From Dimorphilus gyrociliatus (Eukaryota; Animalia; Annelida), in NCBI GenBank assembly GCA_904063045.1, contig CAJFCJ010000011.1, positions 744,001 through 808,000 of the forward strand: DNA of 64,000 nt, in the 5' to 3' direction. The notes below the pieces were generated by a model that worked only from the letters and a program-made list of their open reading frames with translations, did no database searches and had not been told where the DNA came from. How positions within the stretch are numbered: the stretch's first letter is position 1; every line of letters begins with the position of its first letter. A program made the position numbers and the translations under genes. Shown piece by piece: positions 27,201 through 38,694 of this stretch.

Positions 27201-27721
27201 ACGTCCTACTACGGCTGCAGACTGTATTAGATCGGATCATTTTACCTAAAAACTTTCACTACTGGTATAAGAAATATTTTTTGAAAGTTTGTGAACACTT
27301 TTATATCTTCGTCCGGCTTCCAAGGTTCTTTTCTGAGTCGTTGAAAAAGAAACAAAGTGCATCTAAAGATTATGTTTTTAATAATTCACGTGTGTGAATT
27401 TGCAGCCCAAGTTATGAGAAAACCAAATAAATTTAACTGAAAATTTTAAGGTTTAGGAGTTATTTCAAAACTTTTTTTAAAATTTTTAAAGCCCACATAA
27501 TATCCTCCGAAATTGTTTATAAACCTTACGGCAGTCAGCCAATCTCTCGATCCCGATAATTTTTTATGCATACAATTATATATTTTCTACAAACATCTAC
27601 AGATTTGTATCAAACTTTAAATAATTACATCCGTTGTTATTTTCGACGTTTTCACCTTGTTGTAAATCTTATCTATCTCACACTTCTAATCAAGTGATAA
27701 AATGATAAATATATGACGTCA
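24241..27721. promoter_or_regulatory. Three full CRE palindromes (TGACGTCA, each followed by TC) upstream of Otx at 24241, 26101 and 27714
   Basis: Exact TGACGTCATC read at all three positions. Confidence 0.45.
26398..26497. promoter_or_regulatory. Promoter-like island: three GC boxes (26398, 26418, 26431) and E-box GTCACGTGA (26489-26497)
   Basis: GGGCGG twice, GGCGGG once and a CACGTG core in a GC-rich patch with no adjacent ORF. Confidence 0.4.
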
Positions 27722-28644
27722 TCGTAATTATAGGCCAAACTAATATGCTATAGAAGCGAACAAATTAGTTTGAAGCTAAAGTAATGTGATGTTTCATATT
27801 TAGAAGAGTGGAGTAATCATAACGAAGAAAGAGCGGACAGATTTATTTTAGGTTGGCGATCGCACAAAATCATACATTGTTTATTTGAACGTCCTATAAC
27901 CGCACAATATTTTAAATAATCCTACTAAGTGCATGCAGCACATACCGCTTGTATTTTTTGACTGTCCTTATACAGTTCGTAGAATGTTAAGTGGAATGTT
28001 TATACGAAAGTACAAATACAAATATAGGCCTATGACCCAATTTAAATCACTTTGGAAAGTTTAGCTTAATATATTTGAAGTGTATTTCAACTTCGCTTAT
28101 TGCATACTATTTAATTTCTAGGTATATAAAAACCTTTTGTTTTGATGCGTTAATCGTAAAATAATCACTTACTCTGTTATTCTTCTGAGAAGACATTTTG
28201 AGCATATGATTACTCAGGACAGTATCTGCTAATAAATTATTGATTTGTGCAATAATCCTGATTATAGAGCCTACTAATTTTCCTTATACTACTAGTATAC
28301 AATTTAAATTTACGCTTAAATATTTACAGTAAGCGGATTAGAAAATGATAGTTTATAAAATTTTTTTTATTTACATACTTACCTCAATTACAAAGAATAT
28401 GACTGCCATCTTTATTTTCATTTATATCTACTTTATGAAGTATCAAGAAAATAATTCAAAGAGTTAATGAAAAATCACAGAATGAGAGCAATGAAGACAT
28501 TTAAATCGACATAGGAATATTTATTTCAATGGTGATGAAAATAGAACAAAAGTGCTAAAATCAGTAAAGTGATTGGATATTATGAGTGATTTTCTTTAAA
28601 AATATTTTCTAAATAATAATGACTTTCAAATTGATGAACATCTT

Positions 28645-28660
28645 ACAGTGCCATCTATTG
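28645..28660 (-). promoter_or_regulatory. CTCF-like motif CAATAGATGGCACTGT at the far edge of the Otx upstream region
   Basis: Plus strand acagtgccatctattg; inverted near-copy of 17086-17101. Confidence 0.5.
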
Positions 28661-28943
28661 TATATTGAGAAAACTACATTTCTGTTACAAATTCTTCAAT
28701 ATACAATAAAATATTGTATAAAACAATATACTTTAATAAATAGCTAATGTATAAAAATTATCAAAATAATATTAATCTTAGCTTAGTGTTTCAAAACGCA
28801 GTTCAATAATTTGCTGCTCGTGTAATTAATAGTACTTAATAATTTTTAATAATTTAAGCATAGATGATATATACAATGCACACTAATGCCTCATATAGTC
28901 GCTGCTTTTAGAGATGTACAGAGCCTTTAAACAAGAAACGCAT

Positions 28944-29640
28944 ATGCAGCTCAAAGCTGTAATTATTGTAGGATCAGTTCGGCAAAATAGACTGGCAGAT
29001 CGAGTTCTGAAAATGATTTTGGCAACTATACAGAATAGTTATGAATGTGATGTAATTGGTTAATAGAAATAATCAATTAAATATTTCTTATGTATTTTAA
29101 GTAAATGATTTTTTAGATCCACTGGTAATGCCATTTGGCTTTGTAAAAACACCAATATTCCATTATGATGAAGAGCGCAATGGGGCTCCTCAATGGTTGA
29201 TAAAGGCGGAAAAATTAATAAAAGAATCGGATGCAATAGTCGTGATAACACCAGAATACAATCACTCACTTTCGCCAATAGCTGCAAGTATAATCGATCA
29301 CTTTGGAGTTGATACTTATAAGTGTAAAGCCAGTGCAGTTGTCAGTTATTCAATTGGTGATTATTTTTTCTTTAAATTTACACTAAACAAATTTAAATAT
29401 ATTACAGGAAAACTCGGTGGTATTAGAGCAGCAGATCAAGGCAAAATTCTTTTGAATAAACTTGGAGCTATATGTGTTCCTCATGTACTTTCCATTTCTG
29501 AGGCAGACAAAAAAATTTCTCAGCATGGAGTAATTTTAAACAAATCTCTTTTGATTTCTCTAAAGAAATTAATGAAGGACCTAAAATGGTATACGATGGC
29601 GTTCAAAACTCAGAGAGAACGTTTCGGAGAACTAAATTAA
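28944..29640 (+). CDS. NADPH-dependent FMN reductase / quinone reductase (flavodoxin-like fold; about 195 aa)
   Basis: Exons 28944-29058, 29117-29356, 29408-29640. FMN-binding motifs VIIVGSVRQNR and DAIVVITPEYNHS, plus GGIRAA. An in-frame upstream ATG at 28914 is possible. Confidence 0.85.
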
Positions 29641-29881
29641 ATGCTATAGTAGATATGAGAGCAAACTGGAATATATAATAAGTCAGGCAAACAACATACA
29701 CAGAACTGTCTACTCTACTTAAATATAATCTTCATGTTAGTTACTGATTGTCGTTCTTATGAAACCTTAAAAATGAATAAAAGAAAAATTATTCATTAAA
29801 TATTGGAGATTTATTAATTTTTTTGAAAAAGATTACTAATTATATTATAAACAGGCAGACATATTTTTGTTTCCGGTCAAA

Positions 29882-29896
29882 ACAGCGCCCCCTGTA
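29882..29896 (-). promoter_or_regulatory. CTCF-like motif TACAGGGGGCGCTGT upstream of the cytokine-receptor-like gene
   Basis: CAGGGGGCGCT core on the minus strand. Confidence 0.45.
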
Positions 29897-30013
29897 TTAA
29901 ATCAAAATGGCCGAAACTGATAGCTTTTTCTTAAAAATAGATAGATTAATTATCCGTTGGTGACAAATGTAAACTCTACAATTCCTACAACTTCACTTTT
30001 TATACTACTTCTA

Positions 30014-32929
30014 ATGAGAAGTTATGAGAACATGACAAATTGGATGTTACTTTTGGTTCTACTTTCGTTTATAGCACAGAGCGCAGAGGATCCTTGCAAT
30101 AATATTTTACAAGGAATTCCGCTAAGTTTCCAAGGTCTCCTGGCTCCCAACAATTTCAACCTAACAACCTATGGTATGCAAGAAGTAACATGCAAGCCGG
30201 AACAGTCTTATACAGAAATGTATTTTTGTGTTATATCTAATACTAAACCAGTAAAGTCTATCTTTGTAATTATTACTTCATTGATATAGCTTAAAGTGAA
30301 TAATTTTATTAAATTTCAGATTGAGCAAGTAAGTAATGAGACAATCATTTTGAAAAATCAAGCAGTTGATGGTATATTGTTTTGCCTCATAAAAAACAAA
30401 AGCAACCACTTCTTTCAGAAGCATGTAGCTTTTTTTGTAGGAGGTTAATATTCACCATTTATGCATGAACCATTCTAAAAATATAATTGTTTCTTCAGCT
30501 GCCCCTGTTATATCTGAAAATCTTAGGTGCTCTTTAGAGTATCTTTCCATAATAATATGTAAAAGAATGACAGGAGTACAAATTGTAAATATTACAAACA
30601 TAAAATGTGAGAGATTATCTACTCAAAAATGGAAATTAAATGTTGAAAACAGCTATTTAACCAAAAAAGCAAATATTACCCTGAAAAAGTCCAATTACTT
30701 TGGAGATACGTTTAAGACTATAATAATTCCATTGAAAGAAATTGGTAAGTTTAATCAAACATAAAAATCAAAAAAAAAAGTAATTAACTAGAACTCTTTA
30801 AAAAAATAACAGTAAGCTTATCAAACTTCTCCTTGACCATTGATGAAGTAAAAACAAATACAATTGTTGTTCAAACCCACTATCCCCAAATCTTCAAGAG
30901 CCACAATGTATCAATAAAGATTACTGTACACTTGAATTGCAAATGGAAGATAAAAAAGTGCCAGATGGTAATATATATTTATAGATATATTGTTATTACT
31001 CTTCTAATTATATTTTCGTACTAGACTTTTCAACGATCTCTTTCCAAAAATGGGACTTTTGAGGTGAATAGCCTCATACCACATACTGAATATGAATTAG
31101 GCCTTTCAGTTCAGGCTGAATATTCCAAAATAATCACAAACAAATCTTTGAGGTTCAAGACAAAACCTGCTGTTCCCGGCTGTTTACCGGAAGTGTGTCA
31201 AGGATGCTATAAATGGCTAAATAAAAGTTCACTGATAATTTTTTTTCAGGTAGGCTTATAACTATTTTAATTTTTATATTAGAATATTCTTATTTCAGCC
31301 AATTCCACCGTATTGTGCTTTTGGTACAAATTTATCATATATGGCAATAATCATGGACAACCGAACTACTCATATGTTTAAAGTTAGAGGTAAAGAAAGA
31401 AAGTTTGTGTTCCAAGATTTAAAAAGTAATCTTGGACACCATATAAACATCTTTCCTATCAACTCTCTGGGTTTTAATTACAAAATTCCAAAAGAAACCA
31501 TAAATATTGAAAGGGAAAATGGTAAAACTAATTAAAAAAAACAACAATGTATAATTTTAGAAATATATTTTACAGCCATTTGCACCAATTCTGATATCGT
31601 TTTATCAAAAGTTGGACAAAAAAAAATTGGGATTTACAGTATGAAACAAAATACTATTCTCGTCTACTATGAAAAACGCTTCCGTCATTTCACATATGGA
31701 GTACAGTGGAAAAAATTTTCTCGTTCAAAAAATGATATTCTAAATGGAACAGTGAATCTGGATAAAAATGTCGAAGAGTACGAGTTCGGAATTGCAACAA
31801 AATGTGGAGTTCTTTGGAAGAAATGCGTTTTTTCGCAACTCACAGATAGAAAAGTGACCCCCGAGTATCAAATTCTTAAGAATGAAGTAATTGTTACACT
31901 TGATAGATCTTGTTCTAAAATAAAATTTTACTACAAATTTTCTATTCTGGTTGAAACTTCTATTATGTCCTGCAAACAAGGTAAGATTATATATAGGTAC
32001 AATTTTTTAAATAGAGAATTCAATATTTAGAAATTCTCAATTTTAAACTGAATTGGAGTGAGAATATAAAATGTAAAGGAATAGTATCAAATATTAGACT
32101 CACTGCACATTCCGTTAGTGGAGAGAGCTTTTCCAGAAATGAGACAGTTCGCACTAGACCCATCCCAAACAATGGTTACTATATTCCTATATGTTTGTAT
32201 ATTTTTTCTAAAGAATGCATTCCATATTTAAAATTTTTTTAATTATTTTAAGGCTTAATACCTGTAACGATTTTTGGTTTTGTGGTAATTTATTGCTTTG
32301 TACGCTATAGAAGGGTAAGAAAAAAGCTACTGCATTCATTAGAGATTAAGTGCGGCATATACATTTTGCAGAGATTCACTTTTAAAACAGTGTCGGATAA
32401 ATTTATTCGTGAATTGAATAATAAACAAACTGGTGAAGGGTCATTAGAACAGACTCATTTTATTCCAAGTTCAGAATCTAATCTTCAACCTGATGAGAAT
32501 TCTACTCAACACTATACAAGTGTACATGATTGTGATAAGAACACGAAAAACACCAACATCAAAGAATTGGTAAAAGCAAAAAATGAAATTCCTGAAACAT
32601 CTCAGAAATGCCAGAACGAACTGATAATAGCAGAGAGTGATGAAAACCCGTACAAGTTTAAGATTGAAAATTGTTCTCAAATGCATAAGGTAAATGGTGG
32701 AAATAGAATTAAAAACCTGTCTAAATTTAAAACTTACCCTTCATTTCAACAGCAAAATGATTGCAGAACAAAATCATTTACTGATGGGATTCCATACAAG
32801 TTGAAATTCGTAAATTGTCCACAAGTAGATCAGGGAAATGAAAGCGAGCAGACGCAGACAGGCAGTGATGGAATTACATACTCATTGATGTTTACAGCTG
32901 AGCAGAAAGAGATTGACAACAATCAATAG
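30014..32929 (+). CDS. Type I cytokine-receptor-like membrane protein (gp130/domeless-like: signal peptide, Ig-like domain, cytokine-binding module, FN3 repeats, TM helix, Tyr-containing tail)
   Basis: Hand-derived exons 30014-30250, 30320-30443, 30499-30744, 30813-30967, 31025-31249, 31299-31521, 31576-31980, 32031-32174, 32253-32929 (possible 57-nt intron 32315-32371). Signal WMLLLVLLSFIAQSA; GAAPVISENLRCSLEYLSIIIC (C-x9-C, cf. gp130 PKNLSC); SNYFG; NSLIPHTEY; PIPPYCAFG; TM GLIPVTIFGFVVIYCFV followed by RYRR. Confidence 0.62.
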
Positions 32930-33583
32930 GCAATGATGATAATTATTGAAATGTTGCCTTCATTCAGGAATAAATTTTGATTTTTTTAAATATAGAAAAA
33001 AATATATTTATATAAAAAATAACGTAATCGCTGAAAGTCTGTTCGTTTATTGAATAGAATTGACCATTTTTGTGGATTACATTAGGCAACAGTTTTAGAA
33101 ATTTTCATTAATACTTTCTTCATTTGTTGCAATTTTTCAGTCATTATTTTTATATCACGACTTCTTGATTTAAAAAGATTAGGATAAATGTTTTTTACAC
33201 AAACCAGCGAAATCATGACTTTTCATAAGTAATCAGCGATTATTGTGTGGACAAGTGAGAGCTATCGGAACTGACAAAAAAATTTTTAGACCTTGATTAT
33301 CCATGATAAAAGGTGCGACATTAAAAATTCAAAGTGTTATTAATAGTTAAATCAGATAAAGATTACTTTTCAAATATACGTAGTGTTTTTCATGTTTTAA
33401 AAAAAAGGAACATATAAACATAAAGACTTAGTAAAATTACAAGTTAACATTTTTCGAGATTTTTCATTTTAGAAATAGATATAAAGAAAATTGATATTAG
33501 ACATATTTTTTAGTTTGATATAAGCATTTGTAGAAAAAAAAATTATATTGATTAGTGCTATGATTATAGTGTTAAATAAGTTG

Positions 33584-33829
33584 TGTTGAATAAGTTACGA
33601 TAAGTAACGTTTGTAATAGCCGGCAGAGGGCCGATGTATCTTTTAAACATAACGTTGTAAGAATCCCGCCAGGTGGCCCTTGGTGTACGTTCAGTAGCTG
33701 AATTGTCTTTACCGTAGTAATATACGGTTGCTCCCTGCGAATACGATTTTAGTAACTGAATTGTCTTCACCGTCGAATCATATCGCTAAGTTCACGGTGA
33801 CTATTAAATTAAAGTCTTTTTCCTACTTT
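33584..33829 (+). repeat. Left LTR-like direct repeat (starts TGTTGAA; contains an internal duplicated unit of about 55 nt)
   Basis: Colinear with 36595-36768: aagttac..taagtaac, agaggg, caggtggc, tcagtagctgaattgtctt.acc, ggtgactattaaat. Confidence 0.7.
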
Positions 33830-36594
33830 TTTCAAAATATAGTATACTATTTATTAAACTAGTGTTTTCTGAGGTTGGCTTGAATTAAACTCTTTAAATA
33901 TTTTATAAATATTTCGATTTTTTTTGCTTTTCGAGATATAAAATTTTATTATTGAGAAAACTGACATTATTTATATTATAAAATGTAGGTGCCTATATTA
34001 TTAACGTTGAGAAGATTCAAACTGTAACAAAGCGTAAAGTCTAATAATCTTTTATGCGATTGAAAAAAATATTTGTGTTTTAAAAATATTTTGCTTTTTT
34101 GACTTTTTTGTAAAAAAGTAGTTGGGGCAGAACCCCAAGAAAAGAGCCCTCATCGTAATTCTTGGATAATGTCATTTAAGAGTAATGTATTTGAAAGGAA
34201 AATTCTTCTAGTTCCAAAAACCAACTAAAACTCAGTTAAAAACAAGGAAAATAGTTTAAGATCTTCTGCGCCTTGTCTGTTCATTATTTTCAATTTTTCT
34301 GCCATAAATCTTCTTTAGTTAATACTTTACTGTTATTTCATGTCATGGAGTATGAAAATCCCTACTAAAAGCCGATTGTATAGAACAGTTTGTGTAATTA
34401 TGCATTTTCAAGTAAGAAAAACTAATTTGCAAAAAATGTTTAAAATTAAACAAAATTCGATTCCAATGTTCCAGAACTAGCTGCCAAATTTGGAGAAGAT
34501 CAATCAGCGGCAAAGAGAATTTTAAGAATCGGACAAACTAGAGATGATTACCTAAGGTGTGAATTGGAATTATTTAAATTGCGTGAGAAAACCTTCATAT
34601 CGAGAAATGATTTCAGCTTTAATGCGTGTTTTCGATCCTCTTGGTTACATAGAACCAATTAGAGCTGCGTTCAAAACTATTTGGTAATAAGTCTTTAGTC
34701 ATGGAAATACGTAAATGGAATTCAAATGTCCCTGATTCACTTGTAAATGAATGGAAAACGTTAACGAAAAAGTTGCCAGAAAAAATACAGTTTTCTCGGT
34801 ATATTAGAAAACCATCAGCTTACCGAGTATGTAAATGCGTCTAATGATCGCCATGAAGCAGCAATTTAGGGCCTAATAGGCAAAACTTGGCACATTATCG
34901 GTGGGAAATCTTTTTTACAAAGAAGCTATTCCAGATAAAAAAACATCAACTCCAAGGAGAGAATTGACGGCGGCTTTATTAGGTGTTTAATTAGCCTTAG
35001 AATATTTTTCTTTTCTAAAAATTGGAAAGAAAACAACCACTTTATTGTTGGACAACAAAACTGTCAGAACAGGATATATCAAAAATATGTCAATCCCTCT
35101 AGTTCGCTTTGAGAGAAAAAGAGTAAAGAAAATTCTTAATCATACAAATGATTATCAATTGAATATGTACCCACGGAAAATAATCCTCCCGACAAATTAA
35201 CAAAATTAAAAGATTTCTCATTAAAGGAAAATTGGTTGGAGGTGAAAAATACCACGAAAGGAAAAAATATTCAAAAGATTCTCTTGGGGAAGGTAACCTT
35301 GCCTTGGGAGCAAGAGAAGGATTTTAAGAAGGAAGTGGCAGGTGATCCATATAAATTTACCCCCGTATTAATTGGAAAAATCACAGAAGAACAGAAAATT
35401 ATACCACTCGCAGCAATGGAAAAAATAAAACTGTCCAGAAATGAACTGGGACAATGGGAGGTCGTGTTGAGAAACAAGCAAACAAGAGTGTTGATTTACA
35501 AAAAAATGAGTGCAGCAAAATTATTAATGAGTACGTGCATTGGAAAACGGGTCATTCTGGACCTAACGCCATGCATCATAGATTGAGGCGTCTGTTTTGG
35601 ACAATTGGGTAAGCAGCATTAGCAAACGAAATTCATGATCAGTGTCAGGAGTGTGAAGAGTGGAAAAAAACAAAAAATTACAGTACGAAATCAGCCTTGT
35701 AGGGATCAAGTCTTAGACGAACCTATCCCGTTTGAATCAATAAGAATAGATATTTTCGGTCCCTTCACGAATAAAAATGGAGAAAAAAGGAATGTTCTCA
35801 AAGGAATCTGCCTAAAAACACAAGCTGTGGCACTGGAGCTGAGTGAATCTTTAAATAAGAACAGTATTCAGTTACCGCTATTAGGGATTAGATATTTAAA
35901 AGGTCCTATAATAAACATTAGACCAAACAATGCAACGACCTTTGCCCAAGCTTAAAGAACCTTCAACAGAAAATGAAATTTCATAAACCCAGAGCAACAT
36001 ACAAGGGAGGCCTTTGGGAGCGTTCAATTAGAACAGTCAAATGGATCCTAGCTCGTTAATTAAAGAATCATTTTAGAGTTTGGAGTTGGAGTTGTCTGCT
36101 AGCCGTCGCAGAGGAAGCCATTTTCACATAACTTCTCACCGCACTTATGAAAGATCCAGATCAAGAAGTTCTAAGCCAAAAAACACTTGTTAAATATCAT
36201 AGAAACTTGGTGGTGAATTGGCAAAATTCTAAGAAAGCCAAGGATAATTGGATTTCTTTTAGATGGAATCAAGAAATGTTGGAAGTACTGAGAGAAGTAA
36301 GAGAAGATAAAAAAGGCGACAAGCCCTACGTCGGGCAAATAGTATTAATCAAAAGTGATAGAAATCGAGCTGAATATAAAAAAGTGAACATTTTTCAGTT
36401 GATTAAGTCGGATGACAAAAAGATTAGGAATCTCCTAGTCAAGAATTCAGATGGAAAGGAAATTCGTAGAAGTATACAAGAACTAATTCCAATTAAATAA
36501 TAATCCTTTTCACTGCATTTCTGTTTTATGTATGTTTATGTGTGTGTATGTTTGGTGATGATTTCAGTTACCTTTCATCTTTCTTGGCGGAGAA

Positions 36595-36768
36595 TTTTGA
36601 AAAAGTTACTCTAAGTAACATCTTCAAAGCCAATAGAGGGCTAGGGACTTTTAAAACGTTCAAAATAACACTCGTCAGGTGGCTCTTATACGATTCAGTA
36701 GCTGAATTGTCTTCACCAAGTTAACATTGCGTTAAATGGTGACTATTAAATAAAGCCTATCCTGCTTT
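36595..36768 (+). repeat. Right LTR-like direct repeat
   Basis: Same conserved blocks as 33584-33829; the 3' end is not resolved. Confidence 0.7.
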
Positions 36769-36908
36769 ATTTATATCATGTTTAAGCTAATAATTAAGAC
36801 AGAAAAAATAAAATGTAATATCTTAGTTATGAAAAAAATTTCTAATGTTCGACCTATCAAAATTTATGTTCAATTTTAAGACAGAATACTTTATTAAACT
36901 TCATTAAA

Positions 36909-37775
36909 ATGGGGAAACCGTGAATTTTGATAGGACAACGCATCTGTTAAATAACCGTTAAAACTGTTTTTCGCGGCAAAGAATTTCTTTTATAAATTTA
37001 TATAATAAAAAGAGACGCAGGATAAAAAGGGCTATACAGAAAAAAGAGAAAAAAAAGGAGAGAATGACTTCAAGAAAAACTTTTAAAGAGCTTGATGTAG
37101 ATGTTATCCTGTTAACCATTCAGAGGGAGCTAAAAAAAACAAAATTTTAGGTATTAGAGATCTCTTAAGCAACAATGGGAAGAAAAGAAAAAATTTCTGC
37201 CTTGAATTACAGTCGTCTAAAGTATTATTCACCGATGAGGCTAGATTCTCACTGAGTGTTCCAGATAAATTTTGTATTTTGACCAAAGATGGCGAAAAAG
37301 ACTTCAGGGTAACAAAAAATATGGGCAAATGGTCTGGGGACTAAAAGCATCTGATGGAATCTTCAAGCTGTAAAGGATAACGAAAAAACTTAATGGTGAA
37401 AACTGTAGCCATTTTATTGTGGAAGATGTTCTGCTTGTTTGAGAAAAAAATGAAGACGAAGTACATCTTCCTGGAAGATAGTGCTGGATGTCATACTGCT
37501 AGGACTACTATTCAGGTGAATAGTATCCTTCCTCTTGCTTGGCGAACAAGCAGCACATATTTTAGCCCGATTGAGAACATATGGCACCCCAGTAAAAACC
37601 TGGTAAATGATGGTCCACAATTCGAATCTGATGAATTATAGAAAACAAATTAGAAAATACTCTTTTTATACCCTTACAAAAGAGCAGCCAGGGATATTTA
37701 TTACCAAGTATGTTTGACGGAATAGTGCGAAGGATCAAAGAATGTATCGAAAAAGATAGTCATATCGTATTTTGA
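36909..37775 (+). pseudogene. Tc1/mariner (IS630-Tc1, DD-E) transposase remnant
   Basis: Motifs KVLFTDEARF, MVWG, FLEDSAGCHTA, WRTSSTYFSPIENIW and SMFDGIVRRIKECI in broken frames. TIRs were not identified. Confidence 0.78.
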
Positions 37776-38694
37776 AGCTAGTTAGTTCATAAGACTAATG
37801 TAAACTTTTTTTCTTCTGTTCCAAATATTATGAAGCAAGGCAAAAAAAATAAATTATGTAATAATAATTGAAAGAAAATCTTATATAAATTAAAGTTTAA
37901 GAGACAAAAATATTTTTCTTAGTGAAAAGATTTTTAACATGTTGGCCAATTCAAAATTCGTGTTATTTTTACGAAGATTACTTTAAACCGAATAGACTGA
38001 GAAAACAAAACACTTTCAGCTTTCAAACACATTTTGGGTATATTTTACCTGGAGTGAGTTGTTGGAATATGATAAGGAAAATTTTTTATCTCCCAGAAAC
38101 ACTTATTCTAAAACTTCCTCCTCCCATGTATCAGACTGGTTATATAAATCTCATTTTCAGCAAAAACCTCATTTTGCTCACATTTTTCTGTATCTACCTT
38201 CATTTTACAAAAGGCTCATAACAATTTTAATTTTTTTGATTGCCTTATGGGAAATAGTCCAATCTACTCTGAAACGCATATCGATTGCTTTTCTGTTCTG
38301 ATTTGCAAAAAAGAAAGAATTTTCGTTATTCAATTGTTATTATTATTGTCTAAAATTTCTCTACTATTTTCTTTAATGTCAGATATTTAGCTTTTCATTG
38401 AAAAATCAAAGTTTTATTTCAAACATAGTTTGCTTCTCATGCATTAAAAAGACTAAGAAAAATGTTTTTTAGTTTGTGAGAACTTGAGGCAAAGACTTCT
38501 CGTTTCTTATATAATACAATGAAATCATACTCAATCTTAAATACTGCATATAGTCAATGATATTAGTTTACCTGCTTTAAAAAACTGTACACTGTCCAAC
38601 ATATTTCGATCATATTTAACTTAAGAAAAATACTGAATTAAAAATATATAAATTCGCTCGGTTAAAATATTTTCAAAAGAAAAACAAATGTACT

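Larger units (their letters stand above)
33584..36768 (+). mobile_element. Decayed BEL/Pao LTR retrotransposon (RNase H/Pao and integrase remnants between two diverged LTR-like repeats)
   Basis: Frameshifted and stop-interrupted motifs in order: KFDSNVPEL, RVFDPLGY, VNAS, TPRRELTAA, YVPTENNPPD, PFESIRIDIFGP, CLKTQAVALEL, GLWERSIRTVK, VGQIVLIK. Purine-rich GGCGGAGAA sits immediately before the right repeat. Gag and most of RT were not seen. Confidence 0.82.

Noticed and set aside
33564-33770. 68-aa minus-strand ORF over the left LTR
   Set aside because: Falls within the LTR-like repeat; no homology cues.
33687-33773. Repeated unit tcagtagctgaattgtctt.accgt with intervening spacer, superficially CRISPR-like
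   Set aside because: Only two tandem copies plus one in the other LTR, eukaryotic context and no cas genes; explained as an internal LTR duplication.
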